Source: an uncultured Acidobacteriota bacterium (GTDB lineage: Bacteria; Acidobacteriota; Thermoanaerobaculia; Gp7-AA8). Taken from it: a DNA stretch of 64,000 nucleotides. The notes below the pieces were generated by a model. The model was not told the DNA's origin and made no database searches. It worked only from the letters and a program-made list of their open reading frames with translations. The translations under genes and the position numbers were made by a program. The stretch lies in NCBI GenBank assembly GCA_963822445.1, contig CAWGHO010000002.1, forward strand, positions 896,001 to 960,000, read 5' to 3'. This document shows, one piece after another, positions 1 to 11,577 of the stretch. Position 1 is the stretch's first letter, and every line of letters starts with the position of its first letter.

Positions 1-1066
1 CGTCGACTTCCACTCTGAACGAGCCGTTGGCTGGTGTTGGCCCGAGGCCGAAGAGCGCGAGACGCACGCGTTTTTCGTAGTCACGCACGGCGGTGTACCA
101 GCCTGCCTCGGAACCCTGGTTGTGCATGTTGGTACTGGCGCCAAAGCAGCAGTCATCGCCGCGATTGAGTATCTGCACCTGTTTCCTGCCCGCTCCGTAC
201 GATCCGAGGACATACAGATCCGGATATCCCGCGATCGTGTAGAACCCCGGATCGATCTGCTCGGTGTCGCCTGACGAAGGACCTGCGCGCAGGTAAAGCG
301 GCATCGTTCCGGCGACCGAGAAACTCATCCGGATCCGCGGATCGATGGCGGCGACCACAGTCGTCGCCCAGCCACCGCCCGACAGGCCGACCATATGAAA
401 GTCCGTGTAGTCACCCTGGACATGATTGAGCGCCACGATGGTCGGCTCGAGAAACCACTTCAACGCGCTGAAACCCGACGGCGGATTGCACAGGAACATC
501 GCGTCGTGATTGACGCAGCCGCATCCCGAACATGACGGTGGATACGTCGCCGTCTGGGCAGGATCGGAAGGCTGGCCCTCCCCCATGACGTGTTCCTGCC
601 AGGTGTGGGGCATGTACACCGCGAGAACGCCGTACCCGTCCATCAGAAGGGCAGCAATCGTGCGCCGCAGGCCGAAGCTCGCTGCGTCTGTATCCGGAAG
701 GTCCGCTGATCCTTCGAACGTAGTGCCATGGCCGTGATGAACCACGACGACCTGTCCGTTCTTGCGAATCGGTATGAAATGGAGAGCCCGGCCCTTGTGC
801 TCGTCGGTTTCGTTGATCTTGAGCAGCTCGACTTCCTGGAAATTCTGCGCCGTCCCCAGACCGGAAATCGGCGAAGGGATCGTGATCGAGTCACTCGGAA
901 GCTCACTGGCCGGAAACCCCGCGGTTCCCCAGATGTAAGTGATGAGCTGCTGCCTGCGCGTGGTGACGTCGGCAGGCGTCGCGACCGTGATGTTGTAGTC
1001 GTTGACCAGGGCAAAGGCGGGGATGGCGACGAAGACGGCCAGAAACACGATGGCGGGTGTGCGCAT
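1..1066 (-). CDS. Exported alpha/beta-hydrolase-fold protein (3' end runs off the window)
   Basis: Not in the ORF track because it has no stop in the window. Hand translation from ATG 1066 gives MRTPAIVFLAVFVAIPAFA (signal-like) ... VVVHHGHG ... FHMVGLSGGGWATTVVAAIDPRI (G-x-S-x-G nucleophile elbow); the ATG at 394 is in the same frame. Confidence 0.75.
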   Translation of the reverse strand, partial: MRTPAIVFLAVFVAIPAFALVNDYNITVATPADVTTRRQQLITYIWGTAGFPASELPSDSITIPSPISGLGTAQNFQEVELLKINETDEHKGRALHFIPIRKNGQVVVVHHGHGTTFEGSADLPDTDAASFGLRRTIAALLMDGYGVLAVYMPHTWQEHVMGEGQPSDPAQTATYPPSCSGCGCVNHDAMFLCNPPSGFSALKWFLEPTIVALNHVQGDYTDFHMVGLSGGGWATTVVAAIDPRIRMSFSVAGTMPLYLRAGPSSGDTEQIDPGFYTIAGYPDLYVLGSYGAGRKQVQILNRGDDCCFGASTNMHNQGSEAGWYTAVRDYEKRVRLALFGLGPTPANGSFRVEVD

Positions 1067-1107
1067 TGGGAGAGCGTACACCAAATAACTAACGTAAACT
1101 TACCCCC

Positions 1108-2691
1108 GTGATCCAACGGGCCCTCATCGTCCTCGCCACACTCACCTTCTCTTTCGCCGCAACCGCCGCCGATCTTTCGGCACGCTTCTATCCACCTGAA
1201 GGGGCGGTGGCGCATCCCGGTTCCGAGGGCTGGCTCACGTTGATCGTCGAGAACCGTTCGCCGGAAGAGCGCGCCCGGATCCACGTCCGCATCACCCACG
1301 ATCCTGCCATCCAGGTTCTCGACGTCGGCCACTGGGCGTACCTGTGGGAGTGCGACAAGACGCCGGGGCTGATCGAGTGCAGAAACGCCGACTTCGTGAT
1401 CGGTAGCGACGGCTCGCTGACCCTGCGCGTGCACACTCCCTCGAATCCGGACGGCGGCGATTACCTGTTCAACGCCGAGGTGACTTCGAGTCTCGAAGAC
1501 GCCGACCTGTCGAACAACACCGCCACGACGACGCTGCACGTCATCCGGCAGCACATCGTCTCCAGCACGAATGACTCAGGGCCGGGCTCTTTGCGCAAGG
1601 CCATCGAGGGGGCGAACGGCTGGTGCACGCAGGTGCGGCCCTGCGAGATCAAGTTCCGCTTTCCGGAAGGCTCCATTCCGGTCATTCAGCCGTTGTCTCC
1701 GCTCCCGCCGCTGACCGCGTGTGGAGTACTGGTCGGAAACAGGCCCGCCGGCTACGGCGAGCGCGCATGCATTCAGGTCGAGTTGAACGGCCGGCATGTC
1801 GCCACGGGATCGGGGCTCGAGTTACGTCTCGCCTGTCAGTACCCGGGCATGAGTCTCTTCGGCATGGCCATCAACGGCTTCCCGAAAGACGGAGTCTCGA
1901 TCACCGCGCCCGGTGCGTATGTCCTGAACGGATTCGCGATCGGCACCGACGCCGCGGGCACGCGCGCGATTCCGAACGGCCAGCGCGGAATCGCCATCAA
2001 CGCGAAGGCGATGGTCTCGATCCACGAGTCGCTCATCGGTGGCAACGTACGAAGCGGCATCGCGCTGTTCGAGGGATACGCCAGGGTTTCCAACTCCCGA
2101 ATCGGCATCGGCCACGACGGCCGCGACCTCGGCAACGGCGCGAGCGGCATCTTCGTGGCGCCGTCCGCCTGGGATCTCTGGGTCACTGATTCGATCATCG
2201 CGAATCACCCCGACTTCGGCCTCGCTCTGGCCGGAAGGAGGGTAAACATCTCTCCCACGACCGTGATCAAAGAGAACATCGTCGACGTCGACTGGATGCT
2301 CGATGGCCCGACTCCGAATCGCGACGACGACCAGATTCCGAACACGCCGCGCGTCCTCTCCGCGCGCTTCGACGCTGTCGCAAACGTGACCCGGGTGACG
2401 GTCGCGCTGAACGCGGGCGAGACCGCGCCGACGAACCTGCAGATCCGTCTTTACGCGAGCGATCGCGTGACGATCTTCGGCGCCGCGAATCTCGAGAAAC
2501 TCGCCGCGTCGAAATGGATCGAGTGGAAGAAGCCGATCGCCGAGCCGCTGGCGATCGACGTTCCCGGCGATCTTCGCGGCAAGCACGTCAGCGCGGTCAC
2601 GACCTACTTCACGGTGCAGCACTGGGCAGACGCGCCGAGTCCGGAGATGTACTCGACCTCGGAGACGAGCACCGCGCTGCGCGTCGAGTAG
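1108..2691 (+). CDS. Secreted DUF11-like Ig domain plus parallel beta-helix protein
   Basis: Signal peptide; ADLS...DADLSNNTAT DUF11-like domain; VSSTNDSGPGSLRKAI motif; IGTDAAG..AIPNG and GNGASGI beta-helix repeats. Confidence 0.7.
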   Translation: MIQRALIVLATLTFSFAATAADLSARFYPPEGAVAHPGSEGWLTLIVENRSPEERARIHVRITHDPAIQVLDVGHWAYLWECDKTPGLIECRNADFVIGSDGSLTLRVHTPSNPDGGDYLFNAEVTSSLEDADLSNNTATTTLHVIRQHIVSSTNDSGPGSLRKAIEGANGWCTQVRPCEIKFRFPEGSIPVIQPLSPLPPLTACGVLVGNRPAGYGERACIQVELNGRHVATGSGLELRLACQYPGMSLFGMAINGFPKDGVSITAPGAYVLNGFAIGTDAAGTRAIPNGQRGIAINAKAMVSIHESLIGGNVRSGIALFEGYARVSNSRIGIGHDGRDLGNGASGIFVAPSAWDLWVTDSIIANHPDFGLALAGRRVNISPTTVIKENIVDVDWMLDGPTPNRDDDQIPNTPRVLSARFDAVANVTRVTVALNAGETAPTNLQIRLYASDRVTIFGAANLEKLAASKWIEWKKPIAEPLAIDVPGDLRGKHVSAVTTYFTVQHWADAPSPEMYSTSETSTALRVE

Positions 2692-2700
2692 TGCCTGTGC

Positions 2701-5163
<2,463 letters not shown>

Positions 5164-5203
5164 TTCTGCCTCTCGATTCGGGGGGGAACCATACGGCGTT
5201 CTG

Positions 5204-5220
5204 TGCAATGGCTGTTCCTG
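5204..5220 (-). promoter_or_regulatory. Possible sigma-54 (-24/-12) promoter for lon
   Basis: Minus strand CAGGAACAGCCATTGCA has GG-N10-GC spacing and a perfect TTGCA; three mismatches in the -24 box versus YTGGCACGrNNNTTGCW. Confidence 0.35.
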
Positions 5221-5228
5221 CCATCGCG

Positions 5229-5675
5229 CTATTTGAAACGATTCAATTCCTTGACGAATGCATCCACATCTTCGAATCGGCGATACACGGACGCGAACCG
5301 TACATACGCGACCGGATCGAGATCGCGAAGACGATCCATGACCATCGTGCCGAGCCTCTGCGTCGAGATCTCCCGCTCACCCGCATCGGCCATCGATTGC
5401 TCGATCGCGTCGGCGATCGATTCCAGTTCCGCCTGCGGCACCGGTCGTTTGCGACAGGCGACCTGCAATCCCTGCATGAGCTTCGCGCGATCGAAAGCCT
5501 CGCGGCGCTGATCGCGCTTCACGACCTGAAACGTGGGGATCTCGATCTTCTCGTAGCTGGTGAAGCGCCGCTCGCACTTTGCGCATTCGCGCCGCCGGCG
5601 GATGACGTCCCCCTCGCGGCTCTCGCGGGAGTCGACGACCCGGTCTTCGAGATTTGCGCAGAAGGGGCACCGCAT
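5229..5675 (-). CDS. nrdR: Transcriptional repressor NrdR
   Basis: MRCPFC...VVDSR...IRRRREC..C..RFTSYE zinc ribbon, ATP cone, D.VAYVRFASVY. Start set at ATG 5675. Confidence 0.96.
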   Translation of the reverse strand: MRCPFCANLEDRVVDSRESREGDVIRRRRECAKCERRFTSYEKIEIPTFQVVKRDQRREAFDRAKLMQGLQVACRKRPVPQAELESIADAIEQSMADAGEREISTQRLGTMVMDRLRDLDPVAYVRFASVYRRFEDVDAFVKELNRFK

Positions 5676-5768
5676 CGGGCGCGTTCTATCACGGGTTGCG
5701 CGATCGACGCGGTGCAACACCGGTTACAGGGTGGAACGTGCCGCCCCGACACGCCGTTATCGGGGTGT

Positions 5769-5948
5769 ATGGCACCACCCAAGCGCTCCTTCAATCGCGA
5801 CGTTCACCCACCAGTTCGCGAAACGACGGCCGATCAACGTTCCTCCGAAGACGCCGCAGATCTCGCGACATTCGAAGAGCGTCGTGGCGAGACCGATCTC
5901 GACTTCGAAGAGTTCGTCGGCCACATGAGGCGCACGGGACGGCTTTGA
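5769..5948 (+). pseudogene. Short or degenerate CopG/RHH-type antitoxin-like ORF (59 aa) without a partner toxin
   Basis: C-terminus EDAADLATFEERRGETDLDFEEFVGHMRRTGRL resembles the acidic tails of RHH antitoxins; the central RHH part looks shortened. Confidence 0.45.
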
Positions 5949-5956
5949 GCCGACTT

Positions 5957-6045
5957 TGGAGTGCGGCGGCTCTGCCGCCGCTTTCAAACGCGCCGGAGGC
6001 GCGCTCCGCGCGCTGACAAAGCGGCGGCAGAGCCGCCGCACTCCA
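5957..6045. repeat. REP-like palindromic doublet, family A
   Basis: Perfect 28-bp inverted repeat TGGAGTGCGGCGGCTCTGCCGCCGCTTT (5957-5984) / AAAGCGGCGGCAGAGCCGCCGCACTCCA (6018-6045); each arm also folds on itself. Confidence 0.9.
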
Positions 6046-7053
6046 TCAATCCGTCGGCTTCACGTCTTTCCAGTGCATCCCTTCCCGCGCGAAGAGAATC
6101 AGCCCCGTCACCAGCACCGGCAGCGTGCCGATGACGTGGAACAGCACCGCCACCGCAACCGACGACTCCACATCGAATCGATAGAAGCGGGTGAGGACGA
6201 GCTGACAGGCTTTGTGGAAGCCGCCGATGCCGCCGGGCGTGGGGATCGCCAGGCCGACCGTCGTGACGCCGGTGACGAAGAAGCTCGAGTCGAACGGCAG
6301 CGGGTGATGCGCGGCCAGCGTCGCGAACCAGAACTGCGACGTCAGGCAGGCCCAGACGCCGGCGGTGCAGAGAAGCACGGTGATGAGCGCGCGCCGATGC
6401 TTCGTCAGCTCGAGCGTGTCGGTGAAGGTGTCGAAGAAGTGCATCCAGGAATCGCGAAAACGGGCCGGCAGCAGACGCCCCAGCGCGGTGTGCATGCGCC
6501 GGACGAAGTTGCGGAAGAAGAAGAGTCCGATGACGAAGGACCAGAGCACGGTCAGGATCAACGCCGAAGCAATCGCCCCGGCACGGACGATGTAAAACCA
6601 GCGGGCCACGGACGGATCATGCGAGAACTCGTTCCAGCGGCGCACGGCGAAGTAGACAAAGAGGATCAGGATGCTGGAGAGATCGAGGATGCGCTCGGTC
6701 ATCATCGTGCCGAGGGCGCCGGAGAAGCGGTGGGTGGTGCGGCGGGCCAGGAGCGCGGGACGGGCCACGTCCGACGCGCGGATGGGGAGGATGGTCGAGA
6801 GCATGTAGCCGACCGTGTTCGCGAAAAAGGTCGCGTAGAACGGCGGTGGATCGTCGGGGTCGAGGATGGTGCGCCAGCGGATGGTCCGCAGGAACAGGGC
6901 CGCGAAGTTCACCAGCAGCCCGACCACCACCCACCACACGTTCGTGCGCTTCAGCAGCGCGCCGACTTCGGAGAGGTTCGCATTTCGCAGGAACAGCCAG
7001 AGGAAAAACACCGTCAGGGCAATCACGACGGCGATTTGTAGAATGCGCTTCAA
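6046..7053 (-). CDS. Lysylphosphatidylglycerol synthase TM-domain / flippase-like membrane protein (UPF0104)
   Basis: Multi-TM protein with R..RW, P.RASDVARP, ERILD and PTPGGIG motifs. Confidence 0.85.
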   Translation of the reverse strand: MKRILQIAVVIALTVFFLWLFLRNANLSEVGALLKRTNVWWVVVGLLVNFAALFLRTIRWRTILDPDDPPPFYATFFANTVGYMLSTILPIRASDVARPALLARRTTHRFSGALGTMMTERILDLSSILILFVYFAVRRWNEFSHDPSVARWFYIVRAGAIASALILTVLWSFVIGLFFFRNFVRRMHTALGRLLPARFRDSWMHFFDTFTDTLELTKHRRALITVLLCTAGVWACLTSQFWFATLAAHHPLPFDSSFFVTGVTTVGLAIPTPGGIGGFHKACQLVLTRFYRFDVESSVAVAVLFHVIGTLPVLVTGLILFAREGMHWKDVKPTD

Positions 7054-7079
7054 ACGACCCGAATAGTCTCACACCACCG

Positions 7080-8033
7080 ATGTTGAAGATCTACAGCAAC
7101 TCCCTCTCGTATCGACACGACACCGGCTTCGAGCATCCCGAGCGCCCGGCCCGCATCGATGCCGCCATCGACGGCGTGACCCGCGCCGGCATGGCCGCCC
7201 AGCTCATCAACGACATTCCGCTGCACGCCGATACCGATCGCATCATCGCCAAGGTGCATTCCGAGGATTACGCGCAGGCGCTCGAGCTGTCAGTGCGGGC
7301 CGGCCATCGCTACTTCCACTCGCTCGACAATCCCATCTCTTCGGCGAGCTTTGCCGCGGCGCGCGCGGCGGTCGGCACATCGCTCGCGGCCGTCGCGGAA
7401 GCGAAGCGGTCCTTCGTGATCGCGCGTCCACCCGGCCATCACGCTGAGCGCGTGCAGGCCATGGGCTTCTGCTTCTTCAACACCATCGCCTGCGTTGCCG
7501 AGTATCTCCGCGAGCAGCCCGGCATTGAGCGGGTGTTCATCTTCGACTTCGACGTGCATCACGGCAACGGCACGCAGCACATCTTCGAAGAGCGCGACGA
7601 CGTTTACTACGCGTCGATTCACCGCTATCCGTTCTATCCCGGCACCGGCGCGGCCGTCGAGATCGGCACCGGCAAAGGCCGTGGGTTCACGAAGAACATC
7701 CCCGTGCGCGCTGGCGAGGGGGATGCCGCGTTTCTGCGCGGCACCGAGGATCAGATCGTGCGGATCATCGAGGATTACCAGCCGAGCGCGATCCTGCTCT
7801 CCTCCGGATTCGACGCCCACCGCCTCGACCCCCTCGGCGGCATGACCGTCACCGAGCAGGCCTACGGCGAGATCACGCGCCGGATCGTGGAGTGCGCGGA
7901 GAAATGGTGTGAAGGGCGGGTGTTCTCACTGCTGGAAGGTGGGTACGACCTGGAGGGGCTGGCGGCGAGCGTGGCGGAGCATGTCAACGCTTTGAATTCA
8001 CAATCCGCGAATACAAATCTTCCAACCGCGTAA
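7080..8033 (+). CDS. Histone deacetylase-family Zn-dependent deacylase
   Basis: HPERPAR, RPPGHHA, GFCFFN, DFDVHHGNG, GFDAH and LEGGY motifs. Start at ATG 7080. Confidence 0.93.
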   Translation: MLKIYSNSLSYRHDTGFEHPERPARIDAAIDGVTRAGMAAQLINDIPLHADTDRIIAKVHSEDYAQALELSVRAGHRYFHSLDNPISSASFAAARAAVGTSLAAVAEAKRSFVIARPPGHHAERVQAMGFCFFNTIACVAEYLREQPGIERVFIFDFDVHHGNGTQHIFEERDDVYYASIHRYPFYPGTGAAVEIGTGKGRGFTKNIPVRAGEGDAAFLRGTEDQIVRIIEDYQPSAILLSSGFDAHRLDPLGGMTVTEQAYGEITRRIVECAEKWCEGRVFSLLEGGYDLEGLAASVAEHVNALNSQSANTNLPTA

Positions 8034-9084
8034 TCCGCAACTCCTTCGAGAACCCACTCACCACATGCGCGCGCGCCGCGTCGCCGGTGCGATGGGGATT
8101 GGCGATCACTTCCCGCAACGCGCCGGTCAGCGCGGCGCGGTCCTTCATCGGAATCAGCGTTCCGACATGAGGTGATGAAACCAGTTCGCGATTGCCTCCC
8201 GCGTCCGTCGCGATCACAGGCTTGGCCATGGCCATGGCCTCCCGAATCGTACCGGTAATCCCGGTCCCCGCCCACGATGCATCGACGACCAGATCGCATG
8301 ACGCGAACACATTCGGCATGTCCGTCCGGTACTCGACGGCGGTCACATGCTCGGCGATCCCCACCTCCCGCGCATACGCCATGACCTCGCTCTTTTCCGC
8401 GTCGCCGCGGCAGCCGATGAGCAGCAGATGAACGTTCGGATGATCGGGAACGACGTCGGAGACCGAATCGATCAGCTCCTTCCATCCCTTCCAGTCGCGC
8501 ACGCCGACCTGCGCGACGACGAAGCGATCGTCAGCGATGTTCTTCTCGCGGCGGAACGCCCGCCCATCCCACTTCGCCGGATCGAACAGCGTGACGTCAG
8601 TGCCCGCGTACACGACCTCGACTTTGGAGTCAGGCAGTTTCCCGCTTTCGACGACGACGTCTTTGATCTGCTGGCAAACCGTCACGATGCGATCGACGCC
8701 GTTCGTCCGGTATTTGCCGCGATTCCAACGATCGAGCGGAAAGGAAACGCCGCGATTGACGACGAACGCGCCGACGGGATGCCGCCACGTCGCGGCGAGC
8801 GCGAGCGCGTGAGCAATGCCTTTGTGCACGTGAATGACGTCGGGCCGTTCGTTACGGATGAGCCTGCGCAGGCGCCGGATGGTCGTGAGATCGAACTGGT
8901 GACGGAAGGGAAATCCGTGAAAACCGAGGCCCTTTTCCGCCGCCTTCGCCGCGAGCACGGGATCGGGTTTGCTGATCACCGTCACGTCATGACCGCGCTC
9001 CCGAAGTCCCGCCGCGGCCTGAAACATCTGATGGACGGAGCCGGTGTTGAACTGATTGAACTCGAGGACCTGGAAAATCTTCAT
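7984..9084 (-). CDS. Glycosyltransferase family 4
   Basis: GT-B features: GHDVTV, PDVIHVH, KG, EAMAMAKPVIATDAGG.RE. Confidence 0.9.
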   Translation of the reverse strand: MKIFQVLEFNQFNTGSVHQMFQAAAGLRERGHDVTVISKPDPVLAAKAAEKGLGFHGFPFRHQFDLTTIRRLRRLIRNERPDVIHVHKGIAHALALAATWRHPVGAFVVNRGVSFPLDRWNRGKYRTNGVDRIVTVCQQIKDVVVESGKLPDSKVEVVYAGTDVTLFDPAKWDGRAFRREKNIADDRFVVAQVGVRDWKGWKELIDSVSDVVPDHPNVHLLLIGCRGDAEKSEVMAYAREVGIAEHVTAVEYRTDMPNVFASCDLVVDASWAGTGITGTIREAMAMAKPVIATDAGGNRELVSSPHVGTLIPMKDRAALTGALREVIANPHRTGDAARAHVVSGFSKELRITRLEDLYSRIVNSKR

Positions 9085-9226
9085 CTGAACGGGCCGAGCA
9101 CTCTAACACCGCCGTTTTGATATCGTTCCGCCTCACGCGCTGACATCATCTGAACGCACCGGGACGCATGCTAAGATTCCAAACTCTTGATTACACACGA
9201 CATGTGATTGGTGGCGGGAGGCGGTC

Positions 9227-9724
9227 TTGCCGAAGGATAAGCAGGCGCCGAAGGAACTGAAGGTCACTGACAAACGGATCTTCACGGCCGACGGCGATAT
9301 CCGCGACGAGTTCAAACAAGACATCAACCCTGCGGAGCCGCAGACGACGAGGGCGGCCGAGCCGGAGCCCCCAGCCGCAGCGTCGCCGAAAAAGGAACCG
9401 CCGGTCGAGCGTCGTCAGGAGCAGAAACCGGTGGCCGAGGAGCGGCGGCGGACTCTGGCGGACAAGGCGGCGAACCCGAACAGCCCTTTCACGAACTTCA
9501 TCGAGCCCCTGATCGCCCAGGCCTACATGTCCCTCGGTCTGCTGAGGAACCCGTATCAGCCTCAGGCGAAAATCGACGTCGCCGCCGCGCGGCAGATGAT
9601 CGAGATCCTGACCCTGCTCAAAGAGAAGACCAAGGGGAACCTCGACGCCGACGAAGAAGATTTTCTCGAAACACACCTCGGAGAGTTGAAACTGGCGTTC
9701 GTCCAACGCACGAAGACCATCTGA
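9227..9724 (+). CDS. DUF1844-domain protein
   Basis: KVTDKRIF N-terminal motif; AYMSLG...ARQMIEILTLLKEKTKGNL..EE C-terminal domain; GGGAGG upstream of the TTG start. Confidence 0.85.
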   Translation: MPKDKQAPKELKVTDKRIFTADGDIRDEFKQDINPAEPQTTRAAEPEPPAAASPKKEPPVERRQEQKPVAEERRRTLADKAANPNSPFTNFIEPLIAQAYMSLGLLRNPYQPQAKIDVAAARQMIEILTLLKEKTKGNLDADEEDFLETHLGELKLAFVQRTKTI

Positions 9725-11574
9725 TGAGAATCCGCCAAGCTGCCATCGCGTTCGCTGCCCTCGCGTTTTTCGCGACGGGTCTGCGCGCACAGCAGCAGCA
9801 TCAGATTCCGCCGCGCGACATCTGGCCTCAGGCCGCCGCGGCAGCGCGCGAAGGCGACTTCGAAGGCGCGGCCGCGCGCATGGGCGAGCTCCAGCTGGCC
9901 GGCCGCTCGTACGGCATCAAGACCTTCCCGACGTACGCATCCTCCGCGGTCGGCCTCACCAGCGAGTCCGTCCCGGCGAATCCCGAACTGGCAACCTGGG
10001 CGCGAAAAGCCTCGGCGTTGCTCGACGGCAAGGCACCATCGGTCGCGTTCAACGAGGCTGACATCGCCGCGCGCGGCAACGACTGGGGTCAGGCCGTGCG
10101 CGCCGCGCTGCAGGGCTACGCGCGTGTCGCGGGCAACTACCGCACGAACGTCCTCAGCCGCGCGGATCTGCTGATCGTGGTGGCCATGGCTCTGGCGGTC
10201 ACGGCGATCGTCTTCGGCATCGCGCTCTTCATCCGTTACGGCCGCTCGATGGCTCACGACTTCCGCGAGCTGGTCAGCAAACGGTTCCGCGGCGGATCGG
10301 TTTCCGTGCTCGCGTTCGCGCTGCTGTTCCTCCCGATCTTCCTCTGGCTCGGCCCGATGTGGCTGATCTTCTACTGGTTCGCGATTCTCTTCGGCTACGC
10401 CGGCGTCGGCGAGCGGATAGCAATTGCCATCCTGCTGATCCTCGTCGCGCTGATGCCGGTGGCCATGGATGCGGCCGCGAACTGGATCGCCGGCGTCGAC
10501 AGCCCGGTCGTGCAGGCCGCGATCTCGAGCCGCGATCAGAGCTATCAGCCCGAAGCTCTGCGCAGGCTGCAGGAAGTGCTCGCGGTCATCCCGGAGAACG
10601 CCGCGCTTCACCTGCTGATGGGAAATCTGCAGGCGTTCGAAGGTTCCGAGGATCAGGCGGGGATTCACTACCGCCGTGCGATCGAGTTGCGTGGCAACTA
10701 CGCCGGCGCTCACGTGAACGTCGGCAATCTGCACTTCCTCAACAACGAATTGCCGGCCGCGCTCACCGCTTACGAGACGGCGCAAAAAGCCGACCCGGAC
10801 ATGGCCATCGCCTACTTCAACGCCTCGGTCGCCAACGGAGAGTTGTACCGCTTCGACCAGCAGGCGCAGATGCTCGAGAAGGCGCGTGCGGCCGACCGAT
10901 CGCTCGTCGAGCGCGTCACCCGGACTCCGCCGCTGCAGAAGATCGTGATGTATCGCCCCGATGTCAGCGAGGCGTGGGACATCACCAAAACAATCTCGAA
11001 GAACAAGGCCGCGCGATCGCTGTTCGGCAACTACTCGACGTTCGATCCGATCAACGCCGCCGCGAATCCCGTAACCATCGGCGCGGTGCTCTCGCTGCTG
11101 TTCGCGTTACTCCTCTGGCTGATCCGCCGCCGCGCCGGCTTCGCCAACGCCTGCATCAAGTGCGGCCGCACGTTCTGCTTCCGCTGCAAGTCATCCCGCG
11201 AGAGCACGACCTACTGCACGCAGTGCATCCACATCTACCTCAAGCGCGATGGCGTATCGCTGGACACGAAGCGGAAGAAGCTCGAGGAAGTCAGCAATCA
11301 CTACTCCGCGGTCGTGAAGCGCAATCGCCTCTTCGCCACGTTCCTGCCCGGCTCCGCGCAGATGCTCGAAGGGCGCGTGACGCGGGGGATCATCGGCCTG
11401 TTCCTCTTCGCGTTGTTCGTGGCCATCGCGATTTTCGTCGGGCGCCTCGCGCCGGCGATGGGGCCAGTCGCGCACATCGCGCAGCTCATGGTGCGCGTCG
11501 CGGCCATCGTTCTCGCGGTCATCATCTGGATCACCATGTCCCTGCCCGTGTATCGCCGGAGGGCTGTCGCGTAA
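9724..11574 (+). CDS. Multi-TM TPR protein with a Cys-rich Zn-ribbon-like segment
   Basis: Signal peptide, TM blocks, TPR repeats (NYAGAHVNVGN, PDMAIAYFN), CIKCGRTFCFRC...YCTQC; start overlaps the upstream TGA. Confidence 0.8.
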   Translation: MRIRQAAIAFAALAFFATGLRAQQQHQIPPRDIWPQAAAAAREGDFEGAAARMGELQLAGRSYGIKTFPTYASSAVGLTSESVPANPELATWARKASALLDGKAPSVAFNEADIAARGNDWGQAVRAALQGYARVAGNYRTNVLSRADLLIVVAMALAVTAIVFGIALFIRYGRSMAHDFRELVSKRFRGGSVSVLAFALLFLPIFLWLGPMWLIFYWFAILFGYAGVGERIAIAILLILVALMPVAMDAAANWIAGVDSPVVQAAISSRDQSYQPEALRRLQEVLAVIPENAALHLLMGNLQAFEGSEDQAGIHYRRAIELRGNYAGAHVNVGNLHFLNNELPAALTAYETAQKADPDMAIAYFNASVANGELYRFDQQAQMLEKARAADRSLVERVTRTPPLQKIVMYRPDVSEAWDITKTISKNKAARSLFGNYSTFDPINAAANPVTIGAVLSLLFALLLWLIRRRAGFANACIKCGRTFCFRCKSSRESTTYCTQCIHIYLKRDGVSLDTKRKKLEEVSNHYSAVVKRNRLFATFLPGSAQMLEGRVTRGIIGLFLFALFVAIAIFVGRLAPAMGPVAHIAQLMVRVAAIVLAVIIWITMSLPVYRRRAVA

Positions 11575-11577
11575 GCC

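Noticed and set aside
9085-9226. AT-richer intergenic stretch as a possible ncRNA or operator
   Set aside because: No convincing stem or repeat; consistent with an ordinary divergent promoter region.
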